In this document: positions 29,756-38,111 of the stretch, piece by piece
Layout of the letters: the number at the start of each line of letters is the position of its first letter
How positions within the stretch are numbered: position 1 is the first letter of the stretch
DNA from: an uncultured Actinomycetota bacterium
Lineage (GTDB): Bacteria; Actinomycetota; Thermoleophilia; RBG-16-64-13
DNA length: 64,000 nucleotides
Assembly (NCBI GenBank): GCA_963803925.1
Contig: CAWDOM010000003.1
Location: forward strand, 21,216 to 85,215
Reading direction: 5' to 3'
Notes under the pieces: model-generated
What the model was told of the DNA's origin: nothing
Seen by the model: the letters and a program-made list of their open reading frames with translations, nothing else
Database searches by the model: none
Program-made: the position numbers and the translations under genes

Positions 29756-31981
29756 GTGGGCGAATGGCGTAAGACGATGTGCGATCTCTGTCCCACAGGC
29801 TGCGGACTCGAGGTCCTCGTCGATGACAACCGCATCGTCAAGACCAGGGCGGATAAGGAGAACGGGCGAAGCCGAGGCTATACCTGCCGCAAGGGGCTGA
29901 GCATCCAGTATCACCAGCATGCGCAACGTCTGTCCCACCCGCTCAAGAGAGTGGCTGATGGCTACGAGCGCATCCCCTGGGATCAGGCCTTTGAAGAGAT
30001 CGGGGCAAAGATACGGACGATCGCCGAGAAGAACGGCCCCCACTCAGTCGCCTACGCCGGAGAGCCGAGAGCGTGGGGCGGCCTCTTGATGGGAGCATTG
30101 GGTTCCCACCACTACTACTCGTCTCTGGCCCAAGAGCTCGGCGGCGACATGTTCATGGGCACGCGCATGCTGGGCAACCCGGGGCTAGGGCTGGCCGCGT
30201 CACCCGACTACGACGAGACGGACATGCTGCTGGCTATCGGCTGGAACGGCGTGGAGAGCAACATGGCGCCACAGGCCGGTCGCTGGCTACGCGCCTTTTC
30301 GCGGGACCCCGAGAAGATCCTGGTAGTGGTCGACCCCCGGCGTTCGGAGACGGCCCGTTTGGCGGATATCCATCTGCCTATCCGGCCGGGCAGCGACGCG
30401 CTCCTCACCAAGTCCATGATCGCCATCATCCTGCAGGAAGGCTGGCAGGATCAGGAGTACATCGGGCGGCACACGAACGGCTTCGAAGCGATCCTGCCCT
30501 GGTTCGCAGAATTCGACGCTGAAGCGGCCGTTGAGGTCTGCGGGTTGGACTATGGCCAGGTGCGTGAGGTCTGCCGGCTGTTCGCCACCCGTCGGTCCTC
30601 CCTCAGATCAGGCCTGGGCATCGAGATGAACCGGCACAGCACAGTCACCTCCTACCTGGAGGGGATCCTCAAGACGATCTGCGGGCGCATCGGAGTGCGA
30701 GGTGGCAACGTGATCCACGGAGGTCTGCTGCACGCGGGTGCCCGCGCTCCCGAGCCGGGAGCCCCGGTATGGCTTACACCTGCCACGGGCTACTTTCCCA
30801 TCATGGGCATGCTTCCCCCGAACATCCTCCCCCAGGAGATCCTGAGCGACCGTCCCGACCGGATCCGCGCGCTGATCGTCTGCGCAGCCAATCCGTTGCG
30901 TTCCTGGGCCGACACCAAAGCCTACGAAGACGCTTTTGGGCAGCTCGAATTGCTGGTCACGATCGACATGGCAGCGACAGAGACGGCCGCGGTCTCCGAC
31001 TATGTCCTGCCGGCACTATCGTGCTACGAGTCCTGGGGCGGCATCTTGCCCACGATCAACGCCACCTTCCCGGATATCTACTACCAACTCCGGCAACCAG
31101 TGGTGCAACCCGACGGTGACGCACGCGATACGTTGGAGGTGCTTGTCGATCTCGCCGACGAGCTGGGACTCATACCGCCGATTCCCGAGGACCTGGTTAG
31201 CGCGGCCGAGGGCGACCGCGCCGCCTTCGCGGGCGAGTTGCTGGCCTTCCTCGAAGCGGATCCGCGACTCGAGGGGGCTCTGCCCTTCATCCTCGCGAAG
31301 ACTCTGGGTAAGGCGATGGGCTCAGTGCAACTAGCTGAGATCTGGTTCAACCTCTTCACAGCTCCAGATTTCGCCGTCGGGGAGATGGCGCAGGTCGGAT
31401 TCCATCCCGGGCCCGGGCTGGCCGACGAAGTGCTCGCTGCTCTGATCGATCATCCTGAAGGGATGTGGACCGGGCGCAGCTTCCCGGAACACAACCTGGC
31501 CGCCCTCGGTACCCCCGACAAGCGCATCGACCTGCTCATACCCGAGGTGGCTGAATGGGTCCAGAGCATCGATGCCGACTCGGAGACCGCGGCGCTGTCA
31601 TCCGACACCATATATCCCTTGATCCTCATGGCCGGGAGTCATGTGAACATCACGGCGAACACACAGCTGCGCGATCCTGCCTGGAACAAAGGCCGCCGCG
31701 TCTCGACTCTATCTGTGAATCCCAGGGACGCAGAGTCGCTGGGACTCCTCGACGGGCAGAAGGCTAGGGTGACCACCGAAGCCGGAAGCGTCGATATCGA
31801 GGTAGAGGTGACGGAGGCTGCTCGGGCGGGTCAGGTGATCATCCCCCACGGATTCGGACTGATCTTCGAAGGAGATACCTACGGCGTCAACGTCAACCTT
31901 CTCACCAAGAACACTCACCGGGACAGGATTGCCGGCACGCCTTTCCACCGTTACGTACCGTGCAGAGTGGAGGCGCTCTAG
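29756..31981 (+). CDS. Molybdopterin (bis-MGD) oxidoreductase, DMSO reductase superfamily, cytoplasmic
   Basis: CDLCPTGC...C.KG 4Fe-4S motif, RLSHPLKR, WDQAF, VVVDPRRSETA, IRPGSD, ANP, C-terminal VNPRDAESLGL..G, PHGFG; no Tat signal. Confidence 0.9.
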   Translation: MGEWRKTMCDLCPTGCGLEVLVDDNRIVKTRADKENGRSRGYTCRKGLSIQYHQHAQRLSHPLKRVADGYERIPWDQAFEEIGAKIRTIAEKNGPHSVAYAGEPRAWGGLLMGALGSHHYYSSLAQELGGDMFMGTRMLGNPGLGLAASPDYDETDMLLAIGWNGVESNMAPQAGRWLRAFSRDPEKILVVVDPRRSETARLADIHLPIRPGSDALLTKSMIAIILQEGWQDQEYIGRHTNGFEAILPWFAEFDAEAAVEVCGLDYGQVREVCRLFATRRSSLRSGLGIEMNRHSTVTSYLEGILKTICGRIGVRGGNVIHGGLLHAGARAPEPGAPVWLTPATGYFPIMGMLPPNILPQEILSDRPDRIRALIVCAANPLRSWADTKAYEDAFGQLELLVTIDMAATETAAVSDYVLPALSCYESWGGILPTINATFPDIYYQLRQPVVQPDGDARDTLEVLVDLADELGLIPPIPEDLVSAAEGDRAAFAGELLAFLEADPRLEGALPFILAKTLGKAMGSVQLAEIWFNLFTAPDFAVGEMAQVGFHPGPGLADEVLAALIDHPEGMWTGRSFPEHNLAALGTPDKRIDLLIPEVAEWVQSIDADSETAALSSDTIYPLILMAGSHVNITANTQLRDPAWNKGRRVSTLSVNPRDAESLGLLDGQKARVTTEAGSVDIEVEVTEAARAGQVIIPHGFGLIFEGDTYGVNVNLLTKNTHRDRIAGTPFHRYVPCRVEAL

Positions 31982-32130
31982 GCTTTTCCCAGCCGTCGCA
32001 GAAGTGCAACCCCCGCCTCTTCCGCGTTCCGGTCCACTGCCAGGATGAAGCTGCTGACCTTGGACCCGCCGTTCACCTCCTTGACGTCCACGTCGGTGGC
32101 CAGACGGCCGATCAGGTGCACGCTGTTCAT
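31978..32130 (-). pseudogene. ssb: ssb copy 3, 3'-truncated after ...DRNAEEA
   Basis: First 39 aa identical to the intact ssb, fused directly to the 28-bp junction repeat. Confidence 0.9.
31995..32022. repeat. 28-bp junction repeat copy B
   Basis: GTCGCAGAAGTGCAACCCCCGCCTCTTC; 13 nt after the oxidoreductase stop. Confidence 0.85.
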
Positions 32131-32184
32131 GATCTCCTCCTGCGCTGCGGCGTTTGCTACCCCATCCCACTGGACGGGAATTGC

Positions 32185-32230
32185 AGGGTAGCGGCGGCGC
32201 GGGCAGGTCGGAATATAACCAAGGATGGAA
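32185..32230 (-). promoter_or_regulatory. ssb promoter module copy 3
   Basis: Minus strand TTCCATCCTTGGTTATATTC-N20-TACCCT. Confidence 0.65.
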
Positions 32231-32315
32231 CCATGTCTCATGTCCCATGCTCTTCCGAGGTCACGCTCGGCGTCATGAGCTTGCGTCCAACCGGCAGCAG
32301 GGTGGGTTACTGCTC

Positions 32316-33131
32316 CTACTGGTACCGCTCTTCGGAGAGGTCGGTGGAGGTGAAGTCCCCGTCGGTGGGCAACTCCGCCGTCCATTCGCCGGTCTCGTCG
32401 AGCGCGATGCTTACCTCGCCGGAATGGCAGTCGAGCACGTGCCCGCCGCCGTCGCGCTCCGCGGTGAGGAAGTGCAGGTGATAGCCGCCCGCGTTCGGGC
32501 CGTTCATGTACGCCGGCAGCCAGAACCCCGTGACCGTGCCCGCCACGTTAGCGAACTCGAATTCAGACTGCTCCTTGAGAACGTCGGGTAGCGGCCGGTA
32601 GGGTCTCGATTGCGCGGGCACGCTCCGGGTCTTCACCCAGACGAACGTGCCCTCGATGCGAATGGCATAGGGGAGGTTGGCGGATGGGCGCAGGCGGTCG
32701 ATAGCCGCCTTCAGCTCGTCGAATGCCAACGGACCGGCAGACGTGAGCGTGATATCGGGTTCAAAATCGGTGACCACGGCGAAGGGCGTCTGCACCTCGC
32801 CACCGAGCACGTGCACGCTTCCGTCGTAGGCCACCTGGTAAGCCGTGCCGTCGAGTACCACCAACTCGCCGTCTAGGTTATCAATCGTACCGAGCCCCTG
32901 GTCTCCGTGCTCGACCAGTTCGGCGATAGTGAGATCGCCGTCGTAGACACCCGCCATGAGCGCGTCCAGAGTAGCGTACTGGTAGAGCACCTCGCCGCCG
33001 CCGGCAGCGGTGGCCGTCGCCGTCGTAGACGACGTCGCCTGGCCCGGACCCTCCGTGGCGCCACAACCCGACAGGAGAAACGCCAGCGTCGCCAGGAGTG
33101 CAGTTGCGGCGACCCATCTCGTGCGGCTCAT
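32316..33131 (-). CDS. budA: Alpha-acetolactate decarboxylase with lipoprotein signal peptide
   Basis: LYQYATLDALMAGVYDG, HGDQGLGT...LDGE, TPFA, RSVP.Q..PY, GYHLHF, GGHVLD; lipobox LSGC; SD GGAGG. Confidence 0.92.
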   Translation of the reverse strand: MSRTRWVAATALLATLAFLLSGCGATEGPGQATSSTTATATAAGGGEVLYQYATLDALMAGVYDGDLTIAELVEHGDQGLGTIDNLDGELVVLDGTAYQVAYDGSVHVLGGEVQTPFAVVTDFEPDITLTSAGPLAFDELKAAIDRLRPSANLPYAIRIEGTFVWVKTRSVPAQSRPYRPLPDVLKEQSEFEFANVAGTVTGFWLPAYMNGPNAGGYHLHFLTAERDGGGHVLDCHSGEVSIALDETGEWTAELPTDGDFTSTDLSEERYQ

Positions 33132-33192
33132 GCGACCTCCCTGTTCGACCGGCGTGAGGCTCTGCAGGGGCGGATCCCCGAGACCCGCCCGC

Positions 33193-33585
33193 TCACTTGC
33201 CGCGCTGGTACCGCCTGTTAGCCCGGCAGAGACCGCAGCCGTAGCAGGCCGTGCCCGGCACCATGAAATCCATGCCGTAGTGAAGACGCAGGCGCCGCTC
33301 AGCGGCTCTGACCAGTTCCTCGTCGCGTTCGAGCGCGGGCCCACCCTCGACGTACGTCTTGGGATACGGAAGCGACAAGCGGTCGCCGGTGGACTTGATC
33401 TGATCGGCAGGCACAAGCACCTCTTTGCCGGAGGTGGTCGCGACGAGCAGCCAGGCCGCGCCGAACCGCCTGCGGGGATAGCCGAGGCCTGCTATCGAGC
33501 CGATCAACGCGGAATCTGTATCGAAGAGCTCCCGCCCGATCCAGGAGGCAACATCGTCAGGTTGCAGAGCCATAGCCTTCCTCAT
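33193..33585 (-). CDS. PRC-barrel-like protein with Cys-rich tail
   Basis: WIGRELFD...IGSI, WLLV, EVLVP, EERRLRLHYG-like helix; C-terminal CYGCGLC. Confidence 0.65.
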   Translation of the reverse strand: MRKAMALQPDDVASWIGRELFDTDSALIGSIAGLGYPRRRFGAAWLLVATTSGKEVLVPADQIKSTGDRLSLPYPKTYVEGGPALERDEELVRAAERRLRLHYGMDFMVPGTACYGCGLCRANRRYQRGK

Positions 33586-33739
33586 GGGATGCCGGTCAGA
33601 GGTCTACTGTGAGGGGATGCTACCACGTCACGGCGACTACGGAGACTGCCGCGAGCGCCGCTCAGCCAACGGTCCGCCGCCGTATCCCGGGCCGCGGGCT
33701 GGGGCGGCGGCCAGGCGTGCGGCGACGGAGCGGGGGCCT

Positions 33740-34243
33740 CTACTTGAAGTCGAGCGTGACGACGTTCTTCACCCAGGCCTTGCCGGCCTGTCCGGGCATG
33801 ACCGCGCTCAGCGCGCCGTCGGCGGCGATAGCGATCATACATTCGGGATCGAGATCCGAGAGGATGACTTCGCCCATGTAGCCGTCCGAGGCCCCTATAT
33901 CGAGAATCGTGGCGCCGGGCTGGGCCCCGACCGCGGCCATGATGTCGCCGATGAGCACGCCCGTGTATTCCCCGGCGCCCGTCTTGGGATGCTCCGCGGT
34001 GATGGTCGTCTGGGTCATGGCTCTGAGATCGTCGAGGCTGAGGCTCTTGGGATCGTCCACCGCACCCTTGATTGCGAGGATCCCTCCTGCATCCGTGTCG
34101 GCCACAGACGTAGCGGTGGCCGCGGGGGGGACGGCTGTGGTGGCTGTCGTGGAGTCCCCGCCGCATCCGGCGCCGAATGCGGCTAGGCCGGCCACCCCGA
34201 GGCAGACCACGAGGCCCAGGGACCTACGAACGCTCATCTTCAT
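33740..34243 (-). CDS. Lipoprotein with molybdopterin-oxidoreductase-like binding domain
   Basis: Lipobox GAGC, Thr-rich linker, IKGAVDDPKSLSLDDL, YTGVLI, GASDGY, WVKNV. Confidence 0.75.
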   Translation of the reverse strand: MKMSVRRSLGLVVCLGVAGLAAFGAGCGGDSTTATTAVPPAATATSVADTDAGGILAIKGAVDDPKSLSLDDLRAMTQTTITAEHPKTGAGEYTGVLIGDIMAAVGAQPGATILDIGASDGYMGEVILSDLDPECMIAIAADGALSAVMPGQAGKAWVKNVVTLDFK

Positions 34244-34343
34244 GACCTACTCTCCTTCGTGCCTTCTATTTCACGGCATCGGGGCGGTCTGCCCGGTGAC
34301 GATGCCTGTTGACCCTGTCTTCTGGAGCCACAACCCCGTCCCA

Positions 34344-34381
34344 CGACAAGCGTTGTACTGCACGCAGTATAATACTTGTCG
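34344..34381. promoter_or_regulatory. 38-bp imperfect palindrome containing TATAAT between divergent genes
   Basis: CGACAAGCGTTGTACTGC-AC-GCAGTATAATACTTGTCG; arms match 15/18. Confidence 0.6.
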
Positions 34382-34486
34382 GAGTATACCGCCGCTGTTC
34401 ACCCGACTTCAAGCCCAGATGCGCACGTCGTTTGCAGCGCACGGCCGCCTCCGCTACCCTGGTCGCAGCCACCCAAAGGAGGGGAT

Positions 34487-35839
34487 ATGCGCGCACTCGA
34501 CCGGACCCGGCTTGGACAAGCCCTTCAGCGAGAGCGAGAGGCGTTCATCGCCGCTCGTCCCCGGTCGGCGGCCCTCAGCGCGTCGGCCCGCAAGAACCTG
34601 CTCACCGGCGTGCCGATGGCCTGGATGACCCGCTGGCCCGGCTCGTTTCCCATCTTCTTCTCGGAGGCCGATGGCGCGCGGATCGTCGACGTCGACGGCA
34701 TCGAGTACGTCGACTTCGCCCTCGGCGATACCGGAGCCATGACCGGCCACGCCAGGCCGTTCGTCACCGAGGCCATCCGGCGACAGGCAAGCAGGGGGAT
34801 CACGACCATGCTGCCCTCGGAGGACTCCATCTGGGTGGCGGGGGAGATGGAGCGCCGCTTCAAACTGCCGCTCTGGCAGTTCGCGCTCACGGCCACCGAC
34901 GCCAACCGCTTCGCGCTGCGCATAGCGAGATACGTCACGGGCCGTCCGAAGATCCTCGTCTTCGACTGGTGCTATCACGGCACGGTCGATGAGACGCTCG
35001 CCACGATGGGGGCCGACGGCAGCACCCAGTTGCGCCCCTCGAATATCGGCGCCCAAGTGCACCCAGCGCTGACGACCAAGGTCGTGGAGTTCAACGACCT
35101 CCCCGCGCTCGAGGCCGCGCTCGCTCCCGGCGATGTGGCCTGCGTCCTGGCCGAGCCGGCCCTGACCAATATCGGCATCGTGCTGCCCGACCCGGGGTAC
35201 CACGACGAGTTGCGGCGCATCACCCGCGAGACCGGTACGCTTCTCATCATCGACGAGACGCACACCATCTGCGCCGGCCCAGGCGGGGCGACCACGGCGT
35301 GGGGGCTGCAGCCCGACATGCTCACCATCGGCAAACCTATCGGGGGAGGGGTACCCAGCGCGGCGTACGGCCTGTCAGCGGAACTGGGCGCCCGCATCGA
35401 GGAGTTCTTCAAGAGCGAAGGCGTCGACGTGAGCGGCATCGGCGGCACCCTTGCCGGCAATGCTCTCGCGGCGGCGGCCATGCGCGCCGCCCTCGGCAAC
35501 GCACTCCGTGAGGAGGACTTTGCGACAGCCATTCCTCTAGCCGAGCGGTGGACGGCCGGGGTCGCCGGAGTCATAGCCGAGAACAGCCTGCCGTGGACCG
35601 TACAGCGCTTGGGCTGCCGCGCCGAGTACTGGTTCTGCCAGCCGCCGCGCAACGGCGCCCAGGCGGCCGCCGCGGTCGATGCCGAACTCGAAGCCTGGTT
35701 CCACCTCTACATGCTCAACCGGGGCGTACTCCTCACCCCCTTCCACAACATGGTCCTGCTTTCTTCGAGCCATGCGGCGTCCGATGTCGATCTCCACACA
35801 CGCCTCTTCGCCGCGGCCGCGGACGAGATCCTCGCCTAG
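34487..35839 (+). CDS. Class III PLP aminotransferase (glutamate-1-semialdehyde aminomutase-like family)
   Basis: DVDGIEYVDF.LG, YHG, LAEP, LIIDETHT, TIGKPIGGG, GGTLAGN; SD AAAGGAGG. Confidence 0.9.
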   Translation: MRALDRTRLGQALQREREAFIAARPRSAALSASARKNLLTGVPMAWMTRWPGSFPIFFSEADGARIVDVDGIEYVDFALGDTGAMTGHARPFVTEAIRRQASRGITTMLPSEDSIWVAGEMERRFKLPLWQFALTATDANRFALRIARYVTGRPKILVFDWCYHGTVDETLATMGADGSTQLRPSNIGAQVHPALTTKVVEFNDLPALEAALAPGDVACVLAEPALTNIGIVLPDPGYHDELRRITRETGTLLIIDETHTICAGPGGATTAWGLQPDMLTIGKPIGGGVPSAAYGLSAELGARIEEFFKSEGVDVSGIGGTLAGNALAAAAMRAALGNALREEDFATAIPLAERWTAGVAGVIAENSLPWTVQRLGCRAEYWFCQPPRNGAQAAAAVDAELEAWFHLYMLNRGVLLTPFHNMVLLSSSHAASDVDLHTRLFAAAADEILA

Positions 35840-35866
35840 GCGCGGGGAAAGGGAACGGGGATCCGC

Positions 35867-36640
35867 ATGGATCTGACTGGGCATACGGCGGTCGTCACCG
35901 GCGCGGGCAGCGACCGAGGTATCGGCTTCTGCGCCGCGCGGCTTCTCGGGCGGAGGGGCGCCGCGGTGGCAATCGTCTCAACCACGCAGCGCATCGAGGA
36001 GCGGGCCGCCGAACTGCGAGCCGAGGGCATCGACTCGCTCGGCCTCATCGCCGACCTCACCGACGAGCGCCAAGTCGCCACGATGGCCGCCCGTGTGGCC
36101 GAGTGGAGGCCCACCGCGGACATCCTCGTCAACAACGCGGGCATGGTGTCACTCGCGTCCGGGTGGGATGCCGAGAAGCCGTTCGTCGACCTCAGCCTGG
36201 CCGAATGGGACGCCGCCCTCGCCCGCAATCTGCGCACCGCGTTTCTCGCGACACGAGCGTTCTTGCCCGGCATGCAGCGCACGGCATACGGCCGCGTGGT
36301 CAACGTGTCCTCTACGACCGGACCGGTGGTCGCCATGCCGAACCAGACCACCTACGCGACCGCGAAGGCGGCCATGCTCGGCCTTACCCGCTCGCTCGCC
36401 TTGGAGGTCGTGACGCAGGCGATAACCGTCAACGCCGTGGCCCCTGGCTGGATCGCCACCGCGTCGGCGACACCCGCTGAGGCCCGGGCGGCGACGGCCT
36501 CGCCGATCGGGCGGGCGGGCACTCCCGAGGAAGTGGCCGCGCTCGTCGCCTTTCTCGCTTCTCCGGAAGCGTCGTTCATCACCGGGCAATTGATCGTCGT
36601 CGACGGCGGGAATTGCCTCATGGAGGACAAGTCGGCCTGA
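35867..36640 (+). CDS. Short-chain dehydrogenase/reductase (FabG-like)
   Basis: VVTGAG...GIG, LVNNAG, VNVSS, YATAK, VNAVAPGWI, FITGQ.IVVDGG. Confidence 0.93.
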   Translation: MDLTGHTAVVTGAGSDRGIGFCAARLLGRRGAAVAIVSTTQRIEERAAELRAEGIDSLGLIADLTDERQVATMAARVAEWRPTADILVNNAGMVSLASGWDAEKPFVDLSLAEWDAALARNLRTAFLATRAFLPGMQRTAYGRVVNVSSTTGPVVAMPNQTTYATAKAAMLGLTRSLALEVVTQAITVNAVAPGWIATASATPAEARAATASPIGRAGTPEEVAALVAFLASPEASFITGQLIVVDGGNCLMEDKSA

Positions 36641-36738
36641 TTCGTGCCGCCCGGGGGCCGGCCCCCGTCTTCTCGCTCAGCGCCCCACCGGGTGATATCT
36701 TCGTGTAGATGTAGCCCATCGGCAGCCAAGAATAGGGA

Positions 36739-37539
36739 GTGGCGATGAGTACTCAGGAGCCTCGTTCCAAGAGCCCGGCGAATCGAGACGCCGAGGCCCG
36801 CTTCCGTAACCTTCGTTGGTGGAATACCTGTGTCGGCCTGGTCCTCGCGGCGGAGGCGATCGTGATCGCCGTACTCGCCAACGATTTCAAGTTGTCGGTC
36901 ACTGCGACGTACATGCAGGGACCCCCCGGATCGGAGACCAGCCTCACCCGCATCGGCAGCTTTCCACTCGCCTGGGGCGTCTTCGCCTTCATGGCTCTGT
37001 CGGCCGCGGCTCTTCTGATCATGGCTTCGCCCGGGGTGTTCAGTTGGTACAAACGCAATCTGAGCCGCGACCGCAACTACGGACGCTGGATCGAGTACTC
37101 TGTGACGTCGTCGCTGATGATCGTGCTGATCGCCCTGATCTGCGGCATCGGCGACATCGCCGCGATACTCGCGATCTTCGGCGTCAACGCGTCGATGATC
37201 TTCTTCGGACTGCTCATGGAGAAGTACGAGAACCCGGGCAAGCCGAACTGGCTGGCGTTCGTGTTCGGCAGCTTCGCGGGCCTAGTCCCATGGATCGCGG
37301 TCTTCGTCTACCTGGTCAATCCCGGGCTTGACGGCGTACAGCCTCCCGGCTTCGTCTACGCCATCCTCGTGACCTACTTCGTGCTCTTCAACTGCTTTGC
37401 CCTGAACATGGTGCTCCAGTACAAGAAGGTCGGCCGCTGGCGCGACTACCTGGTCGGCGAGAAGACCTACATCGTCCTCAGCCTCACCGCCAAGTCACTG
37501 CTCTCCTGGTTGGTCTTCGCGAACACCCTCATCGACTGA
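36739..37539 (+). CDS. heR: Heliorhodopsin (HeR), atypical
   Basis: LANDF...TY..GPPG loop, RWIEYSVTSSLM (counterion Glu), GVNASMI.FG, PGFVY, YIVLSLTAKS (SxxxK retinal Lys); 7 TM. Confidence 0.93.
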   Translation: MAMSTQEPRSKSPANRDAEARFRNLRWWNTCVGLVLAAEAIVIAVLANDFKLSVTATYMQGPPGSETSLTRIGSFPLAWGVFAFMALSAAALLIMASPGVFSWYKRNLSRDRNYGRWIEYSVTSSLMIVLIALICGIGDIAAILAIFGVNASMIFFGLLMEKYENPGKPNWLAFVFGSFAGLVPWIAVFVYLVNPGLDGVQPPGFVYAILVTYFVLFNCFALNMVLQYKKVGRWRDYLVGEKTYIVLSLTAKSLLSWLVFANTLID

Positions 37540-37698
37540 CGTGCGGCGACAGGGCGGGGCCGGCGCGCGTGCGGCTCCGCTCCCGGTAGCGCTTGCTGAA
37601 CGGCCCGGCCGTGCCTGGAGTCAATCCTCCGGCGTAGCCGGGCCGAAGTCTTGCCGCGACCTCTCAGACCATTTCCGCGCACGCGCCTGCCGCAACGC

Positions 37699-37726
37699 TA
37701 AACCTCAGCGCGCCCGCGGTCGATAT
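37699..37726 (+). promoter_or_regulatory. Putative sigma-28-type promoter
   Basis: TAAA-N16-GTCGATAT ending 7 nt before the GTG at 37734. Confidence 0.6.
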
Positions 37727-37733
37727 TGGTCAT

Positions 37734-38060
37734 GTGAGAAACGAACCAGACAACACGATGCCCAATGTCGCGCCGAACGTCTTCTGCCGCGCCTGTGCCT
37801 CGCCGCTCGTGCAGGCGCGAGACTGGGAGCCCGAGGACGAGGGCATGTGGGGCGTCCGCTTGTGGTGCCCCGACTGTGATTTCGAGCAGGCGGCGGTGCT
37901 CGACAAGACCCAGTTGCTCTACCTCACGCTGGCTGTGGAAGAAGGCTTCGCCTGGGTGCTCGACGCGCTGACGCAGATCAACGCGTCGACCCTCACGCCG
38001 GGCGAGTTCGATCTCGTCAAGCTGGCCCAGACCGACAGAATCAGTCCCGCCACGCGCTGA
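37734..38060 (+). CDS. Small CxxC...CxxC (Zn-ribbon-like) hypothetical protein
   Basis: CRAC.S.LVQ..DW......W.V.L.CPDC. Confidence 0.75.
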   Translation: MRNEPDNTMPNVAPNVFCRACASPLVQARDWEPEDEGMWGVRLWCPDCDFEQAAVLDKTQLLYLTLAVEEGFAWVLDALTQINASTLTPGEFDLVKLAQTDRISPATR

Positions 38061-38111
38061 GCGTGCGTGAGCGGCGCGCCCTGGCGCGAGGAGCCGCCTG
38101 TCGGCAGCCTA

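Noticed and set aside
26250-32230. CRISPR array, DGR, retron or classical integron as the explanation of the repeats
   Set aside because: The repeats are kb-spaced gene fragments; no cas, reverse transcriptase or tyrosine recombinase gene is visible; differences are not adenine-specific; no attC-type GTTRRRY/RYYYAAC structure was recognised
34244-34486. Moco/Wco riboswitch upstream of the Mo-binding-like lipoprotein
   Set aside because: Could not find the expected conserved GNRA-capped stems and core motifs; only a DNA-type palindrome is evident
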